Assembly: GCF_025526975.1 (NCBI RefSeq)
Contig: NW_026515702.1
Span: 186,001 to 250,000 of the forward strand
Reading direction: 5' to 3'
Length of the DNA stretch: 64,000 bases
Origin: Fimicolochytrium jonesii
Taxonomy: Eukaryota
Part shown: positions 13,829 through 26,973 of the stretch, in pieces
Numbering within the stretch: the first letter of the stretch is position 1
How the letters are laid out: every line of letters starts with the position of its first letter
Notes under the pieces: generated by a model
Databases searched by the model: none
The model's input: only the letters and a program-made list of their open reading frames with translations
Told to the model about the DNA's origin: nothing
Made by a program: the position numbers and the translations under genes

Positions 13829-14340
13829 ACATCAGCCGTATCGAAATCATTCCACGGTCCCTCTGGCTGGAATAGAATGTTGGGCGCGAGGTGTGGTTGA
13901 TAAACCGCCGTACGTATCATGGGGGGATAGGCATCGGCCCCTTTGGGTTGCGATTAGCTCCCCTACCGGCTCACGCAAATCAAACGCGCCGCGCCCGACC
14001 ACCGGTCGATTCCGCTCGCCAACCGAATCAACTCGCGAAAAATCCCCAGATTCATCACACACGCGCCATGAGACGTTTGCGGCGTAGGGTCGCAGAGCGA
14101 TAGTAGACGGACAGAGCGATAGGGTCGGGAGAGGGCTTTGATGTACCGGCGTATGAGGCAGATGAACGATGGGAAGGGGGGAAGGGATTTTTCGGGTTCC
14201 CTTAGAAGGACGAGCGCGGTTGCATCTTTGTTTTCGCATAACATGGAAGTGTGGTATTTACAACTTTTTGGGGCGGGGGCGTAGAGTACGCAATTAAATG
14301 GGATGGTTGTTCACGTGCTTTGTTTTTTTGTCTGTTGAGA

Positions 14341-14365
14341 TGACGTCACACCCCGCGTGACGTCA
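14341..14365. promoter_or_regulatory. Two perfect CRE/ATF palindromes (TGACGTCA) upstream of the 14801 gene
   Basis: TGACGTCA at 14341-14348 and 14358-14365. Function as bZIP sites is inferred only. Confidence 0.35.
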
Positions 14366-14800
14366 GCTGTCGTTTACATAAGCGCCCAAGACCCGCCCGG
14401 CCCCGCTCCTGCTCTCCACCATCTCATTTGGTACGTAGTGAGTGAGTGAGTGGGTCAAGGCTAGACGGAACGAAGGAAAGAAGGAGGGGCGCCCCCAATA
14501 ACGGCTGGTCTATTGACAGTCATCCGAGGCTTTTTCCCCACCTTTCCCCCTTTCTCTTCTCGTGACCCCCCCAAAGTTAGGCGCATTGCCCCCCACGTTT
14601 TTATTCCTCCTCCAGGAAAAGTGTTCATAAAGAGGGGAAGGGCGTCCACGGATTGCCCTTTCTGGCACTTGATCTCGATCGAGGCGTAAAGACTCTCATT
14701 CATCCATCTGGTGAATTATTACATATCCAGATACGCAAGAACAGACTGGCGAGCTATCCACAACCAGCTCGCTTACAACTCGCACAACCCACCCAAAAAA

Positions 14801-16096
14801 ATGCCCCTCGAAATCGACCCCCTCCCCCACTCCTCCACCGTCACTCAGACAGACACATACAACACAGACTACGATTACACCGACAACCCCACCGACGATG
14901 CAGGCGGCGGCGCGTATGATTATGAGCGCGGGTCCCCGAGGGCTATGCGGAGGCCCGGGGGGAGGGGGCCCGGCGGGTGGAGTGCCGGAGGTGCGGGAGG
15001 AGGGGAGGGGTGGGATAATTCTCGAGGTGGGTTGTTGAGTTCGAGGGGTGGTGGTGGCGTTGCGAGTGAACAGGGGGTGAAGATTGCGAGCGAAACGAGG
15101 TCCACGTCCAGGGTTGTTTCGACCTGTGAGCGCAACAGCGAGCGCGAAAGCTGTAGTGTTTCTTTCGTCATCATCGGTGGTTCTTGGTTGAAGGGCCGAT
15201 GGGGTTGTTGATGAGATGATCGTTGAAGGGCACATTCTCATCACGCTCTCTTCTTTTTTCCAGACTCATTCGTAGACTCAACCAGCTACAACGACCTCCC
15301 CACCTCCTCTCCCGAATTCGCGCTCTCTCCTCCCCACCACCACGACACCTCCTCCATCCCCGTCCCGGACTCCACCCAACCCACCGATTCCCTCGCCCCG
15401 CCCCCCTCAACAACCCCGCGCCGCGCCTCCCTCATTCCCGAAAGCGCCGTCGAGGCCAACACCACTGAGTTGGAAGACTACGCGGACGCCAGTGGTGGAG
15501 GCGACAGGACCCCGAGGAGAGTCTCCGTAGCCGCCGGGTGGGCCGCCGCACTCCCCCACCCACAACCGCAACAAGCGCAAAGGAGCGAGAATCCGACCGT
15601 GAACCCAACCGCAGGCGTCGGGGTGACACCCAGACGCAAATCCATGGTGGACACCCTCACTTCCTCCGCCTCCTCGATCGCTCTCATCAGTGAGTCCGAC
15701 ATCCAGCGGCCCCACCGCCGGCATCACTCACACTCACACTCTCACCACCATGCCATCTCAGACTCCCCGAACCAGAGGGTGTCCCGCTCACCCTCCCCAA
15801 CCACCTCCCACTCCGCCTCCCTCTCCGACTCGGACTCGGATGCGGACTCGGACTCGGACTCGGACTCTGGCGATGATGAGGATTACGCGCCGGGAACGAT
15901 CGCGGCGAGGAGGGCGTCACGGGTGTTTGAGGAGGGGGCGCATCAGATGGGTGATTCGGGGGTGGATGTGGGGCGGAAAGGTGACGGGATGTTTGGGAGG
16001 GAGGACGGGGTGGTGTATGCGAGGGAAGGGGAGGGGGATCCCGAGGTGTTGGGGGAGATGATTGTTGGGGAGAGGGTTCGGGTGCGGGTTTGCTGA
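14801..16096 (+). CDS. Hypothetical low-complexity Ser/Asp/Pro-rich disordered protein (2 exons)
   Basis: ATG at 14801 after AAAAAA. An intron GTGAGC (15126) to TTCCAG (15263) joins into the frame of ORF 15470-16096. Contains (SD)n and His tracts. Confidence 0.6.
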
Positions 16097-16912
16097 TTAA
16101 TGTGAGAGGGGCGTTTCGGATTGGGGTGAATTGGTTTGGGAAAGGGAAGAGGGTCATTTCTGACTCGGGGGATTTTTTTGGGTGCGGAGGGAGTTTTGGA
16201 GGCGGGGAAAAATAAGAGAGTTGTGGGAAGCGCTTTTCTGTTCCCATTCTTCCTATCCACCGGGCTAGTTCCCGATATTCCTTCTTATACTGCAATTTTA
16301 TGTGTGATTTCTGAAGCCATTCCTTCGACACTCATGAATACCGGCAAGCAGTGAGGTTCGAAAGTCGTTCGGCGGACTGGACATTTGCATCATGTACTTT
16401 TCCTGCCCTATTGAGGCTTCCATCGCTCGAGTATGCACCGTCGTCCCTTCTCAAACGCCCGTCCAGAGTCTGGATCCTGGAGATGGGCACCGAAACCGCC
16501 TGATACTGTAATTCATTCAAAATCCACCAGCCCCGAAATGTAAACAGAGCGGGTGTTCGGGAATCTGGATTGCGTACGGATAATACGAGAGTGATTCGGA
16601 GGGTCAAGCCACGGAGCCGGAAGTGACGCCTCTGCCCACAAGTGAAGTTGAACGCCCAGAGACAGCCAGCCCGCAGACATGTGCATGTGTGTTCCCGCGG
16701 CCGTCGGTCGTCGTCGGACACCAACGGGACGCGCGGGAGACTTCGCACTCGCCGACGTCACACTTCCACCTTCCTCCCTGCTTTACACCCTGGCCACCCC
16801 CAAAGGGCATAAAAGGAAACGGACCCCCTGTCCCCACCCATCCGCCACTCATCTCAACACCAGTACGCAAAGCCCCTACCCGCAGCTTCACCCCACCCCC
16901 GCACTCGCAATC

Positions 16913-17838
16913 ATGCAGAACCCCGCCAAAGACTTCATCCCCCTGATCCTCGATCCCATGCTCTCCACCGACCTCACCACACTCAACCGCACGGTCGACA
17001 ACTATATCGCAGACGATATGGTGTTTCATCATCCCGCGTTTCATGTCGAGGGGAAGGAGGAGGTTAGGAAACTGTATACGACCTGGAGTTGGGCGAATAG
17101 ACGGTTTGGGGAGTTGAGGATTAATGCGTTTTGTGAGTATTGCCCCTAATTTGCGGGTGGGAGCCCGGGCGAAGCAAGTGTCCGCGCCGCCAGGCGCAAT
17201 AACTGGCATCGACTGCGAACGATCATGTTTATTTACTCGTTCAACCATCCGACCATCCCACCAATGCTTCCCATCTTACACATCACACTGACACTCGTTC
17301 ACTTTCTCTCACTTAAGGGTACGATGAAGTGACGAACCGGGTCGTGACCGACATCGATTACCAACTCCAACCGACCTTCTTCCTCCCGACCGCCGAACCC
17401 CAACTCGCTCGCGTCATCACCATCTTCCACCTCCGCGCGGTCCCAACCTCAACCGGCGTCCTGCACTACCTAACCCGCCAAGAAGACTACTACCCAACCG
17501 ACAGCATCGTCGCCGCCTGCACACCGCAACCCTTCTCCCGCTTCTCAAAATCTCTCGCAAACCTCATCCTCCGCCTCGACGGCCTGTTCATGATCTACAT
17601 CCTCTCCCACGTGCTCTGGATCGTGTCGGCCGTGCATGAGGCGCTGGGGTGGAAGAAGAGCGAGTTGAGGGGCGTCAAGCAGATTGTGGGCGTGGATGGG
17701 AAGACGGAGAGTGTCCAGGAGAGGGAGAGGATGTTGAGGCTGCTTGGGAGTGCGCCGAAGGCGGCTGGGGATGGTGCGGCGCAGAGAAAGGCGAGGTTGG
17801 CGGTCGCTAATGGCGCTGCGAGGCCGAATGGGATTTAA
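16913..17838 (+). CDS. SnoaL/NTF2-like fold protein (fungal SigF-like type), 2 exons
   Basis: MQNPAKD...YIADDMVFHHPAFHVEGKEEVRKLYTTW and YLTRQEDYYP, followed by a hydrophobic helix. One intron at about 17133-17317. Confidence 0.7.
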
Positions 17839-19801
17839 GATCCCGTTGAAGAGTCAAACGGGCTTTCCCTGCTTTGATCAAAGATGTCCGTCTGATGTGT
17901 ATGAAGGCTGGTGATGCCCTCGACATTTACGGTAGATTTTTACCGTCTTCAGCTCGTCCCCCCTTTTTCCCTTTGGCGTAGAACGTATGCCCGCTTTCAC
18001 ATATGTATCCAAAATACACAATACCTTTCGCACTTTTGGCTCCCAATCCATTCTCGTGCATGCAATTATAGCCTCGGTAAAACTGCCCTTCTGCTCTTTC
18101 TACATGTCTGTTTCAGAACGGAGTGACCTTGCAGCAAGCGCCTAGACGGAAATGCAATGAATCGAACTCGGAAAATGGTTCTACCGCCGACAGATAGGTT
18201 CCTTTGGCGCATGAGAGAAGCCACGTCCATAGAGCCAAGCGACGTTTCTTTTGCGAACTTTCGAGGCGATGGATGGTTAAGGGGCCTTTTGCTTTTACCG
18301 GTCGGATGGATTGTTCAATGCGCGGAAAAGGGACGCTTTCCTCCTCTCATCCAGGGTTGCCGGTGCTCATGGGGGTGCCCTTTGGGCGCGCGGTCAAAAA
18401 ATACACCAGACGAAGAGTTCCGCGCTGTCGAAATTTATTCCGTCCTCCTGCGGTGTCTCTCCCCATGGAAGGACCTCGCCAATCAGCTATGGCTAGACGG
18501 TATCCCAAACTACAGCGCTCGTGATGGGTGGGCCGGGTGGGGGTGGAGGGAAAGGATGTGCGGACACAGCGCGGGCAGCAGCAGCTCGGACTGTGTGGTG
18601 GTGCTGGAGAGTGCACGGATCCTCAGCAATCTACCTCATGCCTTGTAATCTTTTTGTGTGTGCCTGCCTGAGTCAACGGGCCTGTGGATATGTGTTGGAC
18701 CTGTCCAGCCACCGCGGCATGAGATGAGAGTAAACCAACGCACACGGAAGGGGGCCTACATACATACAGCAGGAGGGGAGCGCCTAGTGCTTTTGTGCCT
18801 TCATCTATCTGGTCTCTCTATTGACTTTCAGCCAGCGCTATTGATGGGACGAGGCCCGGAAACGCGGCTGCTGCCGAAGACCCGCCCGACCATAGTGCCG
18901 ACGAGTCAGCCGGCGTTGGGCCGTAGAGATCATCCCAGATATGCCCCTCGATCAAATGCTGGGATGTGTCTCCCGAGCGCAGACAGTCTCATCTTACGCG
19001 CACTGTTGGCCAACCAGCGTATGACGACTTTCAGCCAACAGGATCTCTAGGGCTTCGGGCCGCAAAGCCACATTCTAAGCTCGCTCGGATCAGCAGGACC
19101 TCGTTCAGACCGCCGGAACATCATAGCCGAGTCCGTTTGTTGTACCCTGTCGACAACAGGTCGTGCAAATGATATCCTTCGGGGCTAAGAGTCCAACCTC
19201 TGCCTCATGGCTCATATAACCAGAGGAGTACGCGCTTCGCCCAGAACGCATTGGACGGAGTGTGCTCAAGAAGGAATAATAAGCACCGGAGCTTCCGCGA
19301 CCATCTTGCTATGTGAGCTTATGAATGTCAACGCCTAAGCTATTCGAGTTAGCCGAGACGATGATACGGGTCCTCCCACAGGACGGTGTTAGGAGCCGGT
19401 CCGCCGCACCTAGTCACAAGTCGTTTGCCGTGCTCCCACACTGTGTCGGCGTCTGTCCTTGAACTGGAAGATTCCCGCCACCATCCTTGCAGATAACTAC
19501 ATGCATGCACAAGAATCACCGAGATACCACCAGATGCCATTTTGAAACAATGAACCACACCGAAAGCAATAGGTTTTTCGTTCGAGACCACGGGGTGTCG
19601 TCCAGTTTTGCATTCATCGTCCCAGGGCCAGACTGTCAAAATCAACGAAAACAATAGATTACGCGCTGTCGAATTCTTACTCATTCGAAATTCCGCGATT
19701 CCCCGGGGTAAACATGAACCCTTGCATTCATTCACATTACACCCGGTCCCTTTCAACGCTGCACCGAACACCCAGTATGCGTACCGACAAGGGTCGTAAG
19801 A

Positions 19802-21146
19802 ATGGCTGACACCGTCAAGCAGACGGATATCGAAGACGGCGCCAAGCCTCTCCTCACCTCGCGGGAACCGAAGTTCCGTATTCCGCTGGCTGTCCTCTTG
19901 CTATGTAAACATTGAGTTTCTTCAGTTCCTTTCTCTGCTCTGTCTGCTCGTTGACACCATGCATTCACCTCTGCAGTGACAAGTCTGCTCGTAGCGGCGT
20001 CGATCACGATCCCCGTGGCGGTGTTGGCCTACAATGGCGCGGATGAGACGGTGGCGACAGGTGAGGCCATCGCTGGAATGCACACGAAGGCAGACGTGTC
20101 GGAATTTGCAGGGGGTTGTACGTGCATTCGCCGTTCTGGTACGCGCCGCACCATCTGTTACTGGGATTGGTGTCGAGTTGTAGACTGCCCTCGTTGTTGA
20201 GGGTGAGAAAGAATGGCGCGGTGAGCAGCGACAGGCGAGTACAAGTATTGCTCGAGGGACCGGGATGTCCTTGCTAAGGGGGGTGCCAGGGTGGTCTTCC
20301 CAGTACTTTTGCCGCATCTTGTCTTAGGTAGACCAATCCCCACCGTTGGATGCCGTATGTTTCGACCATTTTGACGAGCTTCTGTTGGTAGAGGAAGAGG
20401 TCGGGGTAGATGGAGGGGTACGCGTGGCCGTAGACTTGGGAGACGTTTCCCCAGGAAGTGATCCATTCGGCGCTGTTGGTGACGGGTTTCCGTGCTCCAT
20501 GTTCTTCAATCTCCAAGGTCCTATCCTGTCCCGGCACGAGCTCGAACTTCCGCTGGCCGACGGCGAATCGGATAGAAGGATGGACCTTGTCGAGGTCCAC
20601 GTATCGCAGGTGGACCACGTTATCGGGGACCACCTCTACAACCCCGCCACCCGTTCCGCCTACCAAGCCACACAGCACCCGCTTCCCCTAATCCAGATCC
20701 CCGCCTCAGCCATCAAACAGCAATACAAAACCTGGCAGTCCGTCCCCTCCTCCGTCTCCCAAACCTTCGACACGCCCAACGGCAAAGTGTGGTTCGAGCT
20801 CCGCGCGCTGCGGGCTGATCATTTACTGGATTGGTATGCCCTGGTGGCGATCCCGGAGGGGGATGTGATGGGCCCGATTGTGGCGAGTCGGAAGGGGGTG
20901 GTGGCTACTTGCTACTTCGTTGGGCGTTGCGGTCGCGATGTTGACGTTGGCCGCGGCGACGTCCGTGCTTGTTACTATGCCGATTCGGAGGCTTACGGTA
21001 AGGGGGTTGGCGTGCGAGCACGTTGCGTCTGCATATATCTGTCTGTATTCACATGCATCAACACTGGCATTTGGGATTGTCGCAGGCGATCATGGAACAA
21101 GCAACCTCAATGGACTTCTCCGCACTGAAAGGTGGATATCCCGAGG
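19802..21146 (+). pseudogene. Disrupted Cache/HAMP-type membrane sensor gene remnant
   Basis: An N-terminal TM segment (FRIPLAVLLL/VTSLLVAASITIPVAVLAY), a Cache-like C-terminus (LDWYALVAIPEGDVMGPI), a second TM and a HAMP-like VTMPIRRLT/AIMEQATSMDFS. It has a frameshift at 20904-20917, its middle is replaced by opposite-strand coding sequence, and no downstream output domain is visible. Confidence 0.55.
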
Positions 21147-22809
21147 GTATGTTCACATTACGTACGCAAAATGAGCTTTCTGCTGCTAAAGTCTGGTATA
21201 TCTCGTCTCTGTTGACTGCATCAATGCATCGACTGATGGGGTCGACGACGGAGAGGGCAAGTAAAGTGAAGTGATTGGAAGGACCTCTGCTTCAAAGATT
21301 TCAAAAGTGTTGGCTATTCTGTTGCGACGTACGGAAATATGATTTGTTAGTTGTCGTCCATTGTGGAGTTGTTCGAGGCTCTTTGTGGATCATCTGTGCG
21401 TTTCCTCTAAGCGAAGATCGTGCTGTGTCCAGATGGTCGGCCAAATCGGGCTTTCTGAATGAATCCACGGACATTATTGAAGCTGCTCATTCGGGGAGCA
21501 TTGCACAGCGGTCGCACTTAGAATCTATCGACATATCATGTTCCTTTCCATGAGCTGCTCACTTGGTGAGATGGAGTACGGTTTTGATCGTAATGTGCAT
21601 GTATTTGAGATGTTTGACAGCTTTGTGAATGCCCTATCTGTGAACCGATCATGACCCCTGTTTCTGTGCCGTCTCGGCCTTCCTTCAAATCTTCAAGCAG
21701 TGTCTTCGCCAACGAATATCCAAGGACAGCTGTGCACTGAGTATCGAATGTCCATGAGGAACAATGGCTCCTTCATGTGCGGCCAGAATCTCATGAGCGG
21801 TCAAGCCTTCGTAGCCTTGATTTGGTGTGCCTTCCTTGTGCATTCGTGTACCAGGCGTCGGACAGCACGTCGATCTTCGTTGTCGGGGTACATGAACTGC
21901 TTTTCGCCCAAGAGCATATGCCTCCACGTCATAAGTTCTAGTATTCGGAGGTGAGGAAAAGTCAGATGAACATGACCCGGATGGCTCTCCATATCCATGT
22001 TCATCTGACTTTGGTCTAATATTGGGAGCAAGTTGAGCTCCAGTCAATTGTGCAAAGCATAAACTGTCAATCCGCGCACTGTCAATACCTCCACACGGAT
22101 TTCCTCGTCCCCGCACGGAGTCGCTTTCCTTGGTCTGATATCCAAGGAATTGGATTCGCAGCCTTCGCAGTCTCATGAACGTGAGATGTGGAGAGTTAGG
22201 CGTGTCGGCACTGAGCCTTCATCAACGCCGGCGAAAAAACGGCAACTCGAGAAATAATTCTGGCTCGGCCTAGCTCCGCTTGACCCGATTTCTTGCGTGG
22301 AGACTCCTAATTATGGGATCCCGCACAGAGCGAGAACAAAGGATTCCTCACATGTAGCTTCAATTACGATTTCGCATCGATCGTGGGCCCTATGCGGACG
22401 AATACACAAAGCGCTGATGCTAACAACCCTGGGACCAACCCTATACCCCACATGAGAGCTCCCCATAATACAATGACATATGAAGCTGCCCTGTGGAGCT
22501 CCGACGGGTGAAGGGACGTAGTCATGCATTACAGAGTGGAGAGGAGAAGAAAGGATGCCAGTACGCAGACATATATGCAGATGGCAACATGAGGCGTTGC
22601 CTGCTGGGTCAATGTCAAGAACGGAGGTGGGAACAGGGCATCTTAGGACACACAAGATTGGAGCTTTTCAGTGTCCCCTCTTCTGCTCTGTGCTGTTGTC
22701 ATTCCAAGACAGAAACGAGCTGGCGCCGTAAGGGCACCGATACGGAAAAGCAAAGCAAACCCACATCGCCGCCAGACGAGGAAGCCGGCACCATCGCCGT
22801 ACGGCAGCG

Positions 22810-24894
22810 ATGCCCCGCTTAACATTCACCAAAACTGCCCTAATACTCCACGCCTTCTTTGGCCTCGTTATCCTCTGCACCTGCGGCCTACTGCTCTCCA
22901 CCATCCCAGCCATCCACCCTCGTTTGCGGTATTCTACCAACCCGATCGCGCATGACAATGCCGCACCAACATCTCCTTCCACCCAAAATGCCGACGAGAA
23001 TCACGATCAGAATCAAGTCGCAATTGCCGCGAGACTGGCAGCCAACGAATGCATACGCTCCACCACCGATGCAGAGCGAGGAAAGCGACCGACCTACCCA
23101 CGCCGGTTCCTGGTGACGCTCACCGAAACAGCGCCGTCACATGACGAGCATTTCAGCGATCTGTTCCGCGTCGTCGGAAACCGGTGGAACTGGAACAACG
23201 CCGGCAGTTACAGCAGTGAAGGCGACGAAAACACCAACACCCCCGGCGTAACCGTCCGGCACGCCTGGCACATTGGCAATTTCCGCGGGTACAGCTTGGA
23301 ATTCAAAGATGAGCCCAGATGTGTTGAGTTTTGGACGGCGGCGGCTGAGAGTGCCAGTGGGGCACATGAGGGGAATGATCGAGTTGGGGAGGGAGGGGTG
23401 GAAATGGCGCCGTGGCATCAGGCCGTGATGCATGTGGAGGTGGATTACCATGGCGCAGTGAATGCGGTGGCGACGCAGGAGAATCCGCCCTGGGTACGTA
23501 CCTCAAGGGGTCTCCGGATGTGCTCCAGGAGAGGCGGGCTCTCGATGCGCTCCCTTGCCATCCTTCAACACTTCTCCTTCTCTCTCGCTTCTGCACAGGG
23601 CCTCGACCGCATCGACCAGAAAACCCTCCCATTGAACAATGAGTACACCTACCTTGACACCGCAGGTGACGGCGTCGACATTTACGTCGTCGATACGTAC
23701 GTATGCACATATCTTCGCGCCTCGTGCTTTGCGCCTGCCCTCACTTCAGTTTTGTCGACAGCGGAATCAACATCAACCACACGGAATTCGAAGGCCGAGC
23801 TGTGTGGGGCGTCACGGTGCGCACGGATGGGGCGCCGGATTATGATGATAATGGTACGAAGATTGATTTGTCTCTTCATACACTTCTTCCGTTTCATCTT
23901 TCATCTGATTGTGTTGTGTTGTGCGTGCGTCATTTCCAGGTCACGGAAGCCACGTAGCAGGCATCGCAGGCGGCAAAACGTACGGGGCCGCCAAAGCCGT
24001 GAAACTGATTGCTGTCAAAGCGCTGGACGGGAATGGCGCGGGCCCGTTCAGTGAACTGATTGATGGGCTACAGTGGGTTGCACGGACGGCGCCGGGAACG
24101 GGAAGACCTTCGGTTGTCAAGTATGTTGGGTTTTCGTGATGAGTGTTCGCGATACCATATCACTTTGACTTTCCATACACACACATTAAACGCATCCCCC
24201 CCCCCCCCAGTCTCTCAATCCAAGGCGCGGTCTCGCAAGCCCTCAATCAAGCATGCACGGGCCTCATAACCCTGGGTATCCACGTTATCAGCGCCACAGG
24301 AAACTCGGGCGAAGACGCCTGCGGGTACTCGCCCGCCGTCATCGCCCCACAGACGGCTATCATTTCCGTGGGCGCAGTGGATGATACGGATGCGGTGCCG
24401 CCGTTTAGTAATTATGGGGCTTGTGTTAGTTTGTTGGGGCCGGTGAGTTCAGGATTGATGGGTCTCGGTGCGTGGGAGTGGATGTGCGCTAATGTGTTTT
24501 TGGTGGTGCAGGGGGTGAATATTCTTAGTGTCGATGGATGTAAGGGATGAACAGACAGAATTCCGTGCTGCCTCTGAGAAGGACTAGATTAGATTCACAA
24601 ATAACACTTCACAGCAACAAACAACGGGACCCTCCTCATGTCAGGCACATCCATGGCCGCACCTTACGGTAACGACCTCCTCCTATCCCGCCACTCCTTC
24701 TTCCTCCCCTACCATTCAGCGCCATTCACACCTCCCCTTTCACAGTCTCAGGAACAGTCGCCGTCTTCCTCTCAAGCCCAAGCACCACGGTCCCGAAGGA
24801 CCCCGCAGGCCTCAAGCAGCACCTGCTCTCCAACGCGGACGCAATCGCGGCGGGGAATGGCGGCGTTGCTGTTGGGGTGTTCAACAACCTTTAA
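22810..24894 (+). CDS. Subtilisin-like serine protease (S8A, proteinase K type) with propeptide, multi-exon
   Basis: Catalytic triad motifs VDIYVVDT(G), GHGSHVAGIAGG and SGTSMAAP. Also PWGLDRIDQ, an N-terminal hydrophobic leader, and stop TAA at 24892-24894. Confidence 0.93.
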
Positions 24895-25688
24895 GCGTGG
24901 GGTAGTAGGATTCTAATACGGCGTAGTTTGGCCGCGTAGATACATTCTTTGCGATCCTTTTTCTTCGTGTGCATGTTTGGTTTTTTTCTTCCTTTTGTCA
25001 TGCCATAGCAGCACTCATAGCAATCACACCTTGGCAAACGCATTCCTCACCATGCTACTTACGACTTCTGTAATTGCCAATCATTCTGTTGGACATACGT
25101 GGCTTTTGACAGTGGCTGACTGACGGCATAGAGAGCGCGCTGTCGAATTGCTCTCGTTCATGGAAATTCCTCAGAATTCACGGCAATGTTAAGCCTCCCT
25201 CCGAGCACGCCGATTTTAGAGATGGAGCCTCCTTCAGTAGGTTTTCCTGCGCTTCTCAGTCGAGATTGGAGAGGTAGCTTGATTACTGTGAGATGTGATG
25301 CAGAGTTGTCCTGCATTCTTATCATCTGCGAACGGGAAGGATTGCGGGACTGCGGGAGGCGTCTTCCTTCAGCCGAGTTTGGCAACACCCTCGGCCACAA
25401 GAACTCCCAAGTCGGTCAACGACAGTTCATAAAACACGCAGGGCTTGCAAATACGTGACGCCGTAAACCCTGATCGAACTTTGCAAATCTATTCGAAGCC
25501 ATGATCGAATCATGCGAATGCCTCTCCGAATTCGGGCCGTATAAAGGAAGCCGTCGTGGATCGAAACTTTCCCTTCCTCGTTTTTTTTGAACGACATCAG
25601 CAGACGCTCAGCAGAAGGGAGGAGCAGAAAGCAGAAGCCTCGAAAACCAACACCAAGAGTGAAAGACCAACGCTCACACAGCAGCAAA

Positions 25689-26272
25689 ATGTCCAAGCAA
25701 CCACCAGCATACACAGTCACAGAAGGGGATCACGACGAACCCCACCCAGCCTACACGCCTTACCCCACCCCACAAGCAGCTCCCGCGGGGACGCAAGTCA
25801 AGGCGCTATTGGGAGCCTCCCCGAGCACCCAACCCGTCGTCTCGCAACAACCGCAGCGAGAGACCCAGCCGAATTGGTCGCCCGCCGTCCCTTCGCAAAT
25901 CACGACGACGAGTGCGTTTGCGGAGCAGAGAGACACGGAAAAGGAGCCTAAGCCGCGTGATGGGATGACTTCGGGTAAGCCGTGGTTTTGGGGGAGGTTT
26001 GCAGTGGGTCGGACGGGATCCTTACATAAGGACCGCGTTTTTAGGGAATTGGATGGGCGATGTGGTGGTGTGTTTAGGAGGGCTGATCCCGGCTATATGC
26101 TGCTGTATGGCGGCGGACGGATGTTGTTTGGATGGATGCTGTGACGGACATGATCATGGTATGTTTCAGAGTGAGGGTGCTGCATTATGTTGTAGCGCGG
26201 CAATCGGCTGTGATCTTGCAAAAAGGGACGGCGCCAACGACTGATCCCCGTCCCTCTTCAGAATGTTGCTGA
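25689..26272 (+). CDS. CYSTM-like small protein (Pro/Gln-rich N-terminus, Cys-rich membrane-anchoring tail), 3 exons
   Basis: The PPAY-containing N-terminus splices to WMGDVVVCLGGLIPAICCCMAADGCCLDGCCDGHDH and a final micro-exon ECC*. Confidence 0.65.
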
Positions 26273-26901
26273 GACTGGCCGGTCCACATTGTGCTCAACT
26301 TTCAAATCCTGCTCACCGGATTCACCGCCGACATGGCCGCGGCATCATCCATCGCACCCGCGTCGCAGTCTGTACAGCTGCGGGTTTGTATGAAGGCATA
26401 TCCAGTGATTTTTTTCCCATCTTTTTGCGACATCCCGCCGGGTACATCATGGGGGTTAGAGCGTTTGTATGCCACCACTATTTAATCGAAGAATTTTTCA
26501 TTTTGGGCGAGGAGTGTGAAGAATGAAATCGAGCGCTGAGTTTGATGTGGTCACTGCGACGGTGGCCTGGACGGTACATCGGCGGGAGAGAACGATGTAG
26601 AAGGCCGAACGGAGAGCGATGGCCGTTCTTCTGCGCTCATCAACCGGTCTTGAACTTCACCGATAAGTGTTCTCATCTGCACCCATGCATCTGATTGTAG
26701 CTGCACAGAATGTGAGTTATGCACGATTGGGCCAAAAGACAACGCATTTTTCTTTCGAGAGCCCCCAGAGACAACTCTGATGAAGCGTCGGTGATGGGTG
26801 ATGAACCCGTCCCCGAAATTCTGGCCGAGACTCGAGAAATGGACACAAACAACCCACATCCCGACAAAATGGACCCCTCATTGTTCCAAACCAAAAGGTA
26901 T

Positions 26902-26973
26902 TTCCCCCACCGGGAATCGAACCCGGGCCACGTCGGTGAGAGCGACGGATCCTAACCACTGGACCATGAAGGA
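26902..26973 (-). tRNA. tRNA-Glu (anticodon CTC)
   Basis: 72-nt cloverleaf TCCTTCA-TG-GTCC-AGTGGTTA-GGAT-C-CGTCG-CTCTCAC-CGACG-TGGC-CCGGG-TTCGATT-CCCGG-TGGGGGA-A, followed by a TTTT Pol III terminator. Confidence 0.97.

Noticed and set aside
17900..19780. Multiple short ORFs
   Set aside because: No motifs or coding-like codon bias; treated as intergenic or decayed sequence.
21700..22200. F-box/LRR pseudogene on the minus strand (HLTFMRLRRLRI, HLTFPHLRILEL)
   Set aside because: Only two short LRR-like motifs in different frames, too weak to call without a search.
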